Assembly (NCBI RefSeq): GCF_001194135.2
Contig: NC_068982.1
Span: 97,433,425 to 97,497,424 of the forward strand
Length of the DNA stretch: 64,000 bases
From: Octopus bimaculoides
Lineage: Eukaryota
Direction: 5' to 3'
Shown here piece by piece: positions 40,643 to 55,289 of this stretch. Both the position numbers and the translations under genes were made by a program. A model generated the notes under the pieces. That model had not been told where the DNA came from and ran no database searches. It was given only the letters and a program-made list of their open reading frames with translations. Each line of letters starts with the position of its first letter. Position 1 is the first letter of the stretch.

Positions 40643-41000
40643 CGATTGAGTAAAGAGCTGAACCCAAGGAGAACGGTGGAGTACAACGGCGACGGTTATT
40701 CAAAACGGGAGTTCATGGTGAGTTGAATTGCCGTGAGGAGTGGAAAGACTTGCACTTCGGGATCTTGCCCTTTAGTGGAGAGTAGAAAACACAAAGTAGC
40801 TATTTCGACGATCAGTGTGATGTGAATTCTTCGTTGAAGGACAAGAGCCCAAAACATTAGACATTTCACAAGTCGCTGTAAATCAATTTACTGATATCAT
40901 TTGAAAGTGTGAATTTGTTAAGACTTCCAACAAATTATTTGACAGTTCTATGTCCCCACACGCCGTCTCATTTGTATTGATAGAATATTCCTCGAATCGT

Positions 41001-41383
41001 TGTTGGCACTCCGTCGCTTACGACGTCGAGGGTTCCAGTTGATCCGATCAACGGAACAGCCTGTTCGTGAAATTAACGTGCAAGTGGCTGAGCACTCCAC
41101 GGACACGTGTACCCTTAACGTAGTTCTTGGGGATATTCAGCCTGACACAGTGTGACAAGGCTGACCCTTTGAATTACAGGCACAACAGAAACTGGAAGTA
41201 AGAGTGAGAGAAAGTTGTGGTGAAAGAGTACAGCAGGGTTCGCCACCATCCCCTGCCGGAGCCTCGTGGAGCTTTAGGTGTTTTCGCTCAATAAACACTC
41301 ACAACGCCCGGTCTGGGAATCGAAACCGCAAACCTATGACCGCGAGTCCGCTGCCCTAACCACTGGGCCATTGCGCTTTCCAC
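41001..41383 (-). mobile_element. Young tRNA-derived SINE (family C body, different head) with 12-bp TSD
   Basis: TCCTCGAATCGT at 40989-41000 and 41384-41395. Head GCGCAATGGCCCAGTGGTTAGGGCAGCGGACTCGCGGTCATAGGTTTGCGGTTTCGATTCCC (A and B boxes). 3' body shared with 11071-11389. Confidence 0.93.
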
Positions 41384-42458
41384 TCCTCGAATCGTACCAG
41401 TGCGAATATCCACAGTTCTCTTCCAGGTTGGACGATCAAAGTTTCTCTTATGTGTGCGCGCGCGTGTGTGTATATACTTAAGCCCATTCATACATACAAA
41501 TATTTATACTTGTAGTTACATAAGTGACTCAAGGGCTGAGAGAATCGTGTATGAAATTTTTCCCTGAAGACGCTGTGCACATACAAGTGAAACAGTGAGT
41601 AGCTAGAGATTGATATCATTAACCTCTACACTATTTCCCGACAGTTAACACTAAACGTATGTATGTCATTATTCAGTTTATTTCAAGATTTCTTGCCAAT
41701 AGAGAAAGAACCGCTTTCTAACCTAGATCCAAGGCTCCTTCATTGGAATATCAACAATAGGGTATTTTTGTTTGTGTGTATGTATGTATATATGTATGTA
41801 TGTATGTATGAAAGTACGTATGCATGTATGTTAACAGGAATTTATGTGTGTGTGTGTGTACATATATATATATATAATCAAAATAAGCAACAAGATATCA
41901 AGTAGTGATGTAGTACAACCGTTTCAAGCGGTTCCATTTAATTGAATAATGCAATCATTAGATCAATTTCAATGCAATGCCATCTTCAGCTGCACAAATA
42001 AATAAATAGAATTTTAACCAGTAGGACACATTAATATAATTTTTCTCAAATATTTTAACAGAGCAAGAAGATGGAAGAAATTCATGCTGTCGGTATTGTA
42101 GCTAATGTAGCTAAGAATAGTCTCCTTACTTCGAGCTGTGCGGATAATACGGAACTAATTTGGTGCTTCAACTTAAGTACCTAATTCAACTGAATCTTAA
42201 TTATATATATATATATACTCCACACACACACGCACGTGCACACACACACACATATATATTGGGTTTGCAAGAAAGTAATTTCAGTTGTTTAGTGTGAAAT
42301 AAAAGTCAGTTTCTCGTTCAAAGAATGAACTTTAATCAATTACATATTTTCCATTTTGTTCAATAACCTTTTGCTATCTACATGATTCTTGCGCTCATAG
42401 AACTTCTGGTCCTTATTTGCAAAAAACTGAAGCAAGTGCGATTTCAAGCCATCCTCTT

Positions 42459-42650
42459 TCTCCTCTGTCTCCTCCTCTGTCTCCTCCTCCTCTGTCTCCT
42501 CCTCCTCTGTCTCCTCCTCCTCTGTCTCCTCCTCCTCTGTCTCCTCCTCCTCTGTCTCCTCCTCATCAGTCTCCTCCTTCTCTGTCTCCTCCTCCTTTGT
42601 CTCCTCCTCTGTCTCCTCCTTCTCTGGCTCCTCCCCCTCTACCTCCTCTC
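42459..42650. repeat. 15-bp minisatellite (TCTGTCTCCTCCTCC)n, ~12 imperfect units
   Basis: Read directly from the sequence. Confidence 0.95.
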
Positions 42651-42814
42651 TGCCTCTCGTTCCTTCTCAATCCGTATATATATATATATATATATATCTA
42701 CTCACACACACACATTTACAAATACATATACATACATACATGCACGCACACACACACACACGCACACGCACACGTGTATATACAAACATACCCTCTGGTA
42801 CACAGATACACGCA

Positions 42815-43075
42815 TGTACAGCATGGCTGAATGGTTAAGAAACTCTCTTCACTAACACGTGGGTCTCTGCTCCGATCCCAGTTGATGACATCTAAGGTTA
42901 GCGTCTTTGTTCTCAGATCGACCCATACCTTGTGTAAGAAACTGCACGGAGAGGCTTCGTCGGATGGACAACCTGTGATTTAATGGAAATGCTTTGCCAC
43001 ACACTGTGTTACGCCAACTGTCACTGAGAATTACGTTAGATGTACACTTCTCGGTGGAACGATCTTTATTTTTGG
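42815..43075 (+). mobile_element. Degenerate chimeric SINE (B-like head, C-like tail)
   Basis: Head GCATGGCTGAATGGTTAAGAAAC resembles family B. Tail CACACTGTGTTACGCC..CTGAGAATTACGTTAGATGTACAC resembles family C. Confidence 0.45.
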
Positions 43076-43184
43076 ATGTAAAATGAAATGTATGTATATA
43101 TAAATGGCAGTTTACATGGTTTTATATGTATAAATGCTATATATTTACATATGTTGGTGCGAGCGTGTGAGTATGTGCAAGTGA

Positions 43185-43342
43185 TGTTTCCCGTGATGTT
43201 TACCAACTTTTCCATCCAACCTGCTGTGTGGTGTGGATATCAGTGAACATACCTTCCACTTCCTGTTATGTAAGGGCTGATAGGGCGATGTCGTCTGGTG
43301 GGTGAGAGCTTCTGCTCTCCCATTTGATTTTCCTTATAAAAA
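43185..43342 (-). repeat. 158-bp duplicate of the RT segment at 43802-43959
   Basis: TGTTTCCCGTGATGTTTACCAAC...CCTTATAAAAA occurs twice. The 3' ~80 nt on the plus strand are identical. Confidence 0.95.
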
Positions 43343-43369
43343 ACGTGCGTGTGTGTGCGTGCATGCATG

Positions 43370-44720
43370 TTTCTTTCGTTATCCTTTCATTCCAGTGTTA
43401 GCGTCACTACTGACCGAAGAGCTCAACCGACCTCTGTCTCTGACCAGTCTTGCTCGCGAGACCCATATAGTGCTGCGAGCTCATTACATCATCTTGATTT
43501 TAGTCTTGCTCTTAAACTGCTCCATCCTCTCTATCGCTGGTATCGTTCATCGGTTATTCTTAAATCGTGTGATGTAACCGATCCATCTGTGTTTCTTTCC
43601 TGATGACAATAATGTTGCCATCAATTCCTGTCTACTGTCGGATCCAGACGATCCTTTTCCGATCTTACTGTTTAGCATGATGTACTATGCGATAGCGAAT
43701 GTGTCGATTACGGTAATGTTTAATGCCCACGTTTCTCTGACTTTTCACTGGTAAAATGTACTCTGCGATGACCTTAAGCGTGATCCTCAGACTAATCTAG
43801 GTGTTTCCCGTGATGTTTACCAACTTTTTCATCCAACTTGCTGGGTGGTGTGGATATCGGTGAACATAACTTCAAGTTCCTGTTATGTAAGGGCTGATAG
43901 GGCGATGTCGTCTGGTGGGTGAGAGCTTCTGCTCTCCCATTTGATTTTCCTTATAAAAACATGTAGGTAGGAAGTAGACAGTTTTACTGAAATATTTTCT
44001 TTTGGTTTCGGTGCACTCTTCCAGCATGGTCGAGTCGTTGTCCTGCTGAAGCAGCTTCAGTATCACTAGTGCACCATTGTAGAGATCATGCAGTGAGCTG
44101 TACGCTGGATAGATTTTCAGATTTCCTATCGCCAAGATGAACAGTGTGAATGCGTTGTCTAAGAAAGCAAAACAGAGTGGGATCTTCTACTCGTTTGCTT
44201 TTCCCTAGAGCTAACAAACAACTGCCCCCTCAGTTGATGTTGTTTTAGGATACGAATCTTTCCCTAAAGAAGAACCCAAGAAAATATTTTGAACATGATC
44301 CGCAGAAGGCTGATCGACCGTTAGTTCTTTATGTCCTTTGTATCATTTCTTTTATATAGAGCGTCTCTTGAAGCATTCTTCCAGTCGATGGGGACCCTAC
44401 CAACAAGACATTTGTTGAATAGCATGGTGAACGTCTTAAAGTTGTGATCTTCGTCGTCTTCAAGAATAGTGACAATGATAATGTCCTCATCCCTAGGTTT
44501 GTTCCGCTTCAGGTGATTGATGGCTGCTCTCACTTCAGACAGCAGAACGGGAGAAGGGGACAGGCGGGCTGTCTGTCATGCTTGTCTATAAACGCTTGAC
44601 CTCCGCGTCTTCTTGAGTTATAAAGTTTGATGTAGAATTCTTCACGTCTCTTAAAATGTCAGCTCAGGGTCCTCGGTATGGGTGACTCATTCTTCCCTCA
44701 GGACGAAGATAGTGTTACTT
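43370..44720 (-). pseudogene. Decayed RTE-clade LINE ORF2 (RT and C-terminus)
   Basis: In order on the minus strand: CEEFYxKLYNS-like EFYIKLYNS; LLSEVRAAINHLKRNKPRDEDII..LFNKCL.GRVPIDWKNA..LYKRND.KDIKN; PDDIAL..ELEVMFTDI (degenerate ADD motif); WIRQ*TG..HRWIGYITRFKNNR*T. Confidence 0.8.
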
Positions 44721-45199
44721 TCAGGGCATTATTTCCTCCTAACAGGCTTTACTGTTTAGCATTATGTATTCCTTTGACACATTGCGTTCAAATTGAAAAG
44801 CAGAGTTTGGCCTCTATCCGTTGCTGATTGAAAGTAGGTTGTTTAAACATCTCTTCAGTTTTTACTCAACACCAACATTGTACCACCACCACCACCACAA
44901 CCACCTCACCAACAACAATAACAACATTGTACAAGATCAAAACCAATGAGGAGTTGAAACAGCAGCAGTAGCAGTAGCAGTAGAACCGACATCTTTCATA
45001 GTTTTAAAGGAATGAGGAGCTATTTTCTTTTTCGTAATAATTTTGCTGTGACTTAATATTTATGTCAATTAAATATTCATTTTTTTAAATTGCGGCTCAG
45101 TCTTTGTAGTGCAAGATCCACTTTAGGGCTCCAAGACGTTTTTTGGATTCGTAGTAATATCTTCCTTGATACGGTGATTAATGGGTATGTAGATCTTGT

Positions 45200-48700
<3,501 letters not shown>

Positions 48701-49954
48701 TACATGACTAAAGTGATTTGAGTTTTGATTATAGGTGGAAAAAAATAATCAATACTACTTTACTGTTTGACACAACAGATCAAAAGGTGACTTCTCAATA
48801 GACTCATAAAATGTAATCTTTTGAAGTTTTCTTGTCGTGAATATTACTAACTAATGAATACCAGCCATCATTAAAGAGCTTCAGTAAGTTGCATATGTTT
48901 GATATGGCCCGACATATATGTGCACCAGGAAGTCCTCTACTTCCAATAATGACTCAGCTTTTTCGCACGTTCTTATGTTGGAACAATGAAAGAAATTCGT
49001 AGTAACTGTTAATTTTTTTTTTTCTGTTCACTTTCGCCTTTATTGTATAGTACGTCTATTTTATATGTATAAAAGCCGACCAATTTATGACCGTAGAGAT
49101 GATGGTATGAACGCATATTTTTGAGAATTACCATCAATCAGATGTTTAGAGTAAATGTTCTATTTTAATCCTCTAGACATTTTTAAACGACAGACGGTGC
49201 AAAAAAAAACATATNNNNNNNNNNNNNNNNNNNNNNNNNNNNNNNNNNNNNNNNNNNNNNNNNNNNNNNNNNNNNNNNNNNNNNNNNNNNNNNNNNNNNN
49301 NNNNNNNNNNNNNNNNNNNNNNNNNNNNNNNNNNNNNNNNNNNNNNNNNNNNNNNNNNNNNNNNNNNNNNNNNNNNNNNNNNNNNNNNNNNNNNNNNNNN
49401 NNNNNNNNNNNNNNNNNNNNNNNNNNNNNNNNATATATATATATATATATATATAAAGAAATAATAGTTGAGGTCGTTTGGCATACTAACATAAACGTAT
49501 TTTGGGATGCAATATTTTCTGTTTAGATCTATCGTAATAATCTAGTATTTTAGACATATGTTATTGCAAAAAATATAGAAATTTAAAGATCCTCACCAAA
49601 AGCAATTTGATTTTAATCTTTAGAAATAACTTTGAAAGTTTACTATAATGGCCGACAACGTATTGTGAAAATAATGAATACTATTGCTTATTCAGAGATA
49701 AAGTAGAACCTGCTCCACAAATATGCATACAGTGACGCCCATCTTTCAATGGATGTATAAAATAGTTTTAACACCCTATTATCTAAGAAACCACTGCACT
49801 GTGGATTCACTTTTCCCTATTGTCATAACAAACGGCAAACACTTGCAAAATATTGATACAATTCAAAATATACTGATTCTAATGATCCAACAGAGATTCC
49901 CGTAGCAAAAATATCTTTGAGGATCAACTTTGATGTGTTTTTTTTTTCTACTAT

Positions 49955-50700
49955 TTACTCCAGCCTTTTATGCCTATGAAGAAGAGGCCACCGACAGCTT
50001 TTCTTCCCTGTTCTGGATTCTGAGCTGTTTTCTCTTCTCTTAGGTCTTGGTGGTTTTAAAGTGTCATAGTTGTTTCTGTAATGATGTTTTTTAGAGATTG
50101 AAATGTGTTTGTTTGGAAATTTCAGTGACACCTCATTATCTTTTTGCCAACCTTTCATCCAGTTTTTTGAAAAAAACAAAGCTTTTCTTCAGTTGATGTG
50201 TCTGGGTGTTGGCAAATCCACTCCTCATAAAATTTCTCAGCCTGTAATAGGAAAAGAGATTGTGGTAATTTCACATGCAGCGATGTTCTAACACCCACAA
50301 ACCATTCAAACAAGACGTCTCTCACGCCTGTTGCTTTTGTTTTACGACCTCCTCCAGCAACTCTGTAACGTTTCTTTGGATTTTTTTCAATGCTGTCAAG
50401 TTCGCCTTTCAGATATTTTTCATAGCAGCATTTAGCTACTTTGACATCAGAATCAAATAGTCGATCAGAGTTTTTAACACCGGCCAAATTCGAATAAAAC
50501 AAGCGAAATGCTTTGGCAAGATATCCCTGTTCCGGAGTGTCTGGGACATGGCATTTTCTTTTAACATCCCAATGAGTTTTCACTTTCATTCGCTCTAACT
50601 CAGAATCATATTCCCATTTGCATTTGTTCCTCCATATTTTGTCTTCCGTGCGTTATGAAAACAAATAGAACACTCCAGGTTTTCTTTCCATCTCTGTCAT
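49955..50700 (-). pseudogene. pogo-type transposase N-terminus with CENP-B-like HTH
   Basis: ATG at 50700, premature TAA ~50655, then KRYRVAGGGRKTKATGVRDVLFEWFVGVRTSLHVKLPQSLFLLQAEKFYEEW. A frameshift in the T-run ~50175 leads to FSKNWMKGWQKDNEVSLKFPNK (GxGRK..LxxWF..R..FS..W..GW.K..VSL pattern of pogo HTH). Confidence 0.72.
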
Positions 50701-51410
50701 CTGTGTTTTTTTGTTTTTTTTTGTCATGCTGATTCACAATCTGTGTCAGTCAAAATAATAATGAATTCCCCAGAGTTTGTTGTTTTGTACAAGTAACGAA
50801 AGTCACTTTAATCGACTTTCCCCTTCCCTTTAAATTGCTAGCCTTGTGCCTAAGCATCGGGCAACGTGCCTTGCAGCATAGAGTTACAGCCCATTACGTT
50901 CTGAGTTCAATCCCGCTGAGGTTAGCTTTACCTTTCATCCTACGGGATCGATCATATAAAGCTCCAGTAATGTGCTGAGCCGCTTTAATCCACTTGTCTC
51001 TCACCACAAATTGTTGGCCTTGTGCCTAAATGAGAAATCACTATTTAAAATTTTCTAGGCTGTCACCCTTGATTTAAAAAAAAAAAACCAGAATTAGTTA
51101 TTTAGTTTATATATCCTATTTATTTTATAACATATGGTATTACTTGTAATGTTCTTTCTTTTGTCATATATAATGTTTTTAACTTAAAATTATTATTTGA
51201 TTCTCCAGCTGTTGTATCAATATGAATAGCTTACAGTGAAATTTCACCGGAGATAGATTAGCAAAATTTAGTAAGGGAGGAGGTGGAATAAAAGCGGTGT
51301 GGGGGTGAATCTTAAAAACCAATAAGCGGAAGAGTGGAATAAAAACAGAGGAGTGGAAAAAAATCTGAAAAATTAATAAGCGGTGGGGCCGATTATTCAA
51401 GACCCCAGAG
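49958..51410 (-). mobile_element. pogo-family DNA transposon derivative (catalytic domain deleted), interrupted by a SINE
   Basis: TA|CTCTGGGGTCTTGAATAAT terminus at 51410 on the minus strand, with a weakly similar opposite end at 49958. Contains the pseudogene at 49955-50700. Confidence 0.6.
50825..51045 (+). mobile_element. Degenerate SINE family A inside the pogo element
   Basis: TTACGTTCTGAGTTCAATCCCGCTGAGGTTAGCTTTACCTTTCATCCTACGGGATCGAT..TTGGCCTTGTGCCTAAA. Confidence 0.8.
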
Positions 51411-51504
51411 TAATTGCCCTCAGGTAACGGACATATATGTCACTTTAGAGAAGGAATGTGTGGGATGACCTTTAATGTATGTGTGAATATATCATATGCA
51501 CATA

Positions 51505-52382
51505 CGAGGTCTGATCAATAAGTATCCGGATTGTTACCATAGTAACAAAGCTAAAGCACGCAAAGTAAAACCACTCGACACAGAATGATCTTTGACTCTG
51601 CTGTGCATGCGCACTAAGTTTTAACGTTCTAGCTCACTTCCGCTCTTTACAGCAGTGCTTGGAAAGAACGTGTGTAGTATGTGATCGTCGCATTGACCAT
51701 GACAAGGAAAGTTGCTCAGAGGCCTATGCAAAGTTGCAGAAAGTGTATGGAGAAGAGTGTTATGAGTCGCACACAAGTGTACGAGTGATTCATACGTTTC
51801 CAGATGGTCGAAAATATGTCGATACTGATGAACGTTCTGGGAGACCCGCAATCAGCAGAACTGAGAAAAATATTGCTGATGTGCGTGCAGCTGTGAGGGG
51901 AAACCGTCGAATCACCAACCGTGAGTAATCAGAGGATGTGCAGATTAGTTACGGTTCAGTTCAGTACATTATCACTGAAGATTTGGGTATGAGACGTGTC
52001 TCTGCCAAGCTTGTGCCAAAACTTCTTTCAGCTGACCAAAAAGACATTCGGGTTTTAGTTGCACACGATCTCCTTTATTGTGTCGAGAACGATGAAAACT
52101 TTTTGAAAACTTTGCGTAAGCCTCTGAGCAGGTATCGCCAAGCTTTTGGCAAAATTTGATGCAGATTCTCTGCTCAACTTTCTCTGTCATGCTCAATGCG
52201 ACGATCACACGCTACACACGTCCCTTCTAAACACTGCTACAAACATAAAGTGAGCTAGAACGTTAAAACTTTATGCACATGCACAACAGAGTTCAAGGTC
52301 AATCTGCGTTAAGTGGCTTTACTCTGCGTGGTTTAGTTTCGTTACTATAGCAACAGTCTGGATACTTATTAATCAAATCACG
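51505..52382. mobile_element. Fold-back mariner derivative with two inverted 5' ends
   Basis: TA|CGAGGTCTGATCAATAAGTATCCGGA matches the reverse complement of the 52382 end. Arms ~51505-51735 and ~52110-52382 include the transposase start. Internal plus-strand HTH: DERSGRPAISRTEKNI..QISYGSVQYIITEDLGMRRVSAKLVPKLLSADQK. Minus strand: MTEKVEQRICIKFCQKLGDTCSEAY. Confidence 0.9.
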
Positions 52383-52650
52383 TGCGTAATTGCATAGAAA
52401 ACGCAAAGAGAGAATCGCTCGAATGCTTTACAAATCTTCAGTGTACCACCAATGATTAGGATTTGAGGAGTGTGAGTCAGTTTACTTTGAACCCCTCGCC
52501 TGCAACATTTCCAAGTTTTTATCCAAATCTATTGTTACACAGTACACTGCATCTAACGCGTGCTAATAAGTACCGATGAGAATATTTACCAGAGCACAAG
52601 ATCTATAAGTTCCGTATTTTTGTTCTTTATTCTCTTTAGAAAAAACGTTC

Positions 52651-53365
52651 ATGGCCGCTGGAAGGCTAACTTGTACAAAGAAAAAAAAAAAAAAGGAAAC
52701 CGCCCTTGATAGTCCGAGTTCATCTTGTAAAAAAACAGACACAGACAGGCATAACATACAGTCCCTCAAAAGGCCCCGTAAAAATAAAGCGCATATTGTA
52801 ACGTACACAAAAAGTAAGGCAATTGAGCGAAAAATCACCAAGTTCAAATCGGTGATTAGAGTGAAATTGCCGGCTGAGGAATATACAGAAAACAATGAAT
52901 GTATATTAATAGACAAGGAAAGATATGCAAAATTAAAGAAATGGTTCGGAACGAAACGAAGAGGAGAATAAGAAAGAAAAGATAAAATATGGAAAACCAA
53001 ATAAAAAATCAAGTGAAATGCGAACGCACGAACCGTCGCCTTCAACTAGCAAAGAAGAAGGAGTACGAAAGAAGGAAGGAAACGAAAGAGACAGCCAATT
53101 AGAGACAGAGAAAATTATGACGGACGAAGAGAGTGGTAAAGGATATCAGAGAACGATACCTACAGGGAGAAACTTAAGAAGCCTCATAGTATATGAAAAA
53201 AGCGTCGAAACTGAAAAGAGAGTAACAAAAATGAAAAATATTATCAGAGTGAAAATGGCAAACCATGAAGGTGAGAAGAGTGTGCTGTTGGAGAGAGAAA
53301 GAGGGGAGTGGTCAGTAGAACTATTTGGGGAAAAAAAGAGTAGAAATAACATCATTTCAGTATAG
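52651..53365 (+). pseudogene. Unassigned frameshifted ORF (~240 codons) with internal tandem domain duplication; probable mobile-element ORF
   Basis: ORFs 52651-52971 and 53018-53365 join by one frameshift near 52960. HIVTYTKSKAIERKITKFKSVIRVKL aligns with SLIVYEKSVETEKRVTKMKNIIRVKM (11/26 identical). Ends at a SINE insertion. Confidence 0.55.
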
Positions 53366-53592
53366 ATACCTATTTCGTTATTGCCCACAAGGGGCTAAAC
53401 ATAGAGGGAACAAACAAGAACAGACGAACGGATTAAGTCGATTACATCGACCCCAGTGCGTAACTGGTACTTAATTTATCGACCCCGAAAGGATGAAAGG
53501 CAAAGTCGACCTCGGCGGAATTTGAACTCAGAACGTAACGGCAGACGAAATACCGCTAAGCATTTCGCCCGGCGTGCTGACGAGCTGCCGGC
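53366..53592 (-). mobile_element. SINE family A, young copy with alternative tail
   Basis: GTCGATTACATCGACCCCAGTGCGTAACTGGTACTTAATTTATCGACCCCGAAAGGATGAAAGGCAAAGTCGACCTCGGCGGAATTTGAACTCAGAACG. Core nearly identical to 26205-26420, but the tail (CCCACAAGGGGCTAAAC..) differs. Confidence 0.93.
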
Positions 53593-55289
53593 TGTTGTAT
53601 TTTTTGACGATATAAAGCAGCATTTGTTGTAATTTTGTATTAAGGAAAAGATACAAGACCGTAAAGTAAAACTAATTTAAAAAACAGTAAAATGGAACTA
53701 CCTATTTTGCAGGGTAGAAAAGCCATTTCATTCTCACATTAATTATGTTCATAATTCATCCGATATGTGTCTTCATGTACCCCAATGTATTGCTTTGTCT
53801 GTCCTTGTGCTGCCCCCCCCCCACCTATGTTATGGCCGTAGTGTCAAAATAAAGAAATGGGTGTTAGTTCGACGTGTGTTGGTATCTACTTTCGAGTGGT
53901 ACGGAGTGCGTTCTGTGTTAACATATATTAATCTGCGATAGGTTATTTTTAGATAACCACAACCAACTATTTATTTGTGTAATGCTGTTTTATACCAGGC
54001 GTGTATACTCATATCATAACAAAGTCATCTTCCATATTTTTACTTACAGATTGCATTTGCAAAGTGCAAGTCAGCTGGTCGCTATTTTTTTTTTTTTTTT
54101 TGCCTGAAGAGTTAATCTTTTCGGGATTGCTGCGTGGACATTTTCTAACATAAACAAGTGAATGGTATGGGAGATTGTCAGGAAGTGAGTACTTTTAGAG
54201 AAGATCACTTCCAGCCCTTAGATTGTTTCCGTTTCGAAGAGTTGATTAATGTATTTATATTTGCTGCTAGTTTATTCCAAATTCTACTTAAGGGGTGGCA
54301 CAACACAGTACTTAAACACTGGACTAATCTTAAACCTTTTCCCTCTCTTTTCTTCTGAGCTTGATTGAACCTTTAATTGTTCGCTATTTCGATTGGTACA
54401 TGCAGGTATTAATATCTGCGGAGAAGATTTCCTGAACAAACCAGTCGAGTAATGCTACCAGTAGCAGTACTCCAAACTTATTTTACGTTTTTCTATCAAA
54501 AAATTAAATCTGAGGAAGCTAGTGACATTCTGCTAGAGTTATATAATACAAATAATTTAAACAGTGATATAAGTTCAATGCCAGAAGAAGAAAAATTTAA
54601 CGTTTCGGATGCTTGTTTTAGAGAGAGAGGAAGAAAAATAAACGCTTTACCAACTGTTGCAAATTTGTGGATGAAAAAGTAATTGAGATTGAGGAGTAAG
54701 TGGAGAGGGCAGAGGTAAAAATCTATTATACAATTGTGTGAGTAGTGTGGGAGATGAACGATAAGGGAGGAAGTAAAATATAATCAGAACTATAGTCAAG
54801 TGATTGTCAGTTAAATGCTGACAAACAAATGAGAGGAAGCTGGAGAAGGTAAGAAGGTAAAGAAGAGAAGATAACACAGTTGCATACATACTCGAACATA
54901 GTATATAGGGTAGAGGAAATTGGCTGCCAAGAGTGATCAGAGTAATATATTTGCTGTACCAATCCTAGTACAGATATTTAGAATATTAAAATCCGAATGA
55001 TCTTGACGTCAGTTAGAAGCTTCCGCAGAAATATTAATATCAAAATGTATCTAATTTTTACAAAGCGTTTCAAATGTCGCCATATAGCTATTGATGAACT
55101 TCACGCTCTTTGACACTTCGTCACGATAAAATCAGTCAGAACAGAAGTCATTTGGTGGAAAGCAAGGGATTGCTCATCGACAGCTCAGCCATATAAATTT
55201 CTACCGCATATTACCAAATTCCAGAACTAATAACTGTTGTTCCATACTATTAAGGAACTAATCTTTTCCTCTGGGCATCTTTCTAGTGC

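Noticed and set aside
42382-42855. Formin/extensin-like LSPPP or CLLLL repeat ORFs
   Set aside because: They come from a 15-bp minisatellite open in all frames, run straight into (TA)n/(CA)n, and have no flanking domain or convincing splice sites.
55004-55011. Perfect CRE TGACGTCA; also a lone YY1-like AAAATGGCGGC at 18448-18458
   Set aside because: Single short motifs with no supporting context, which can occur by chance or without function in 64 kb.
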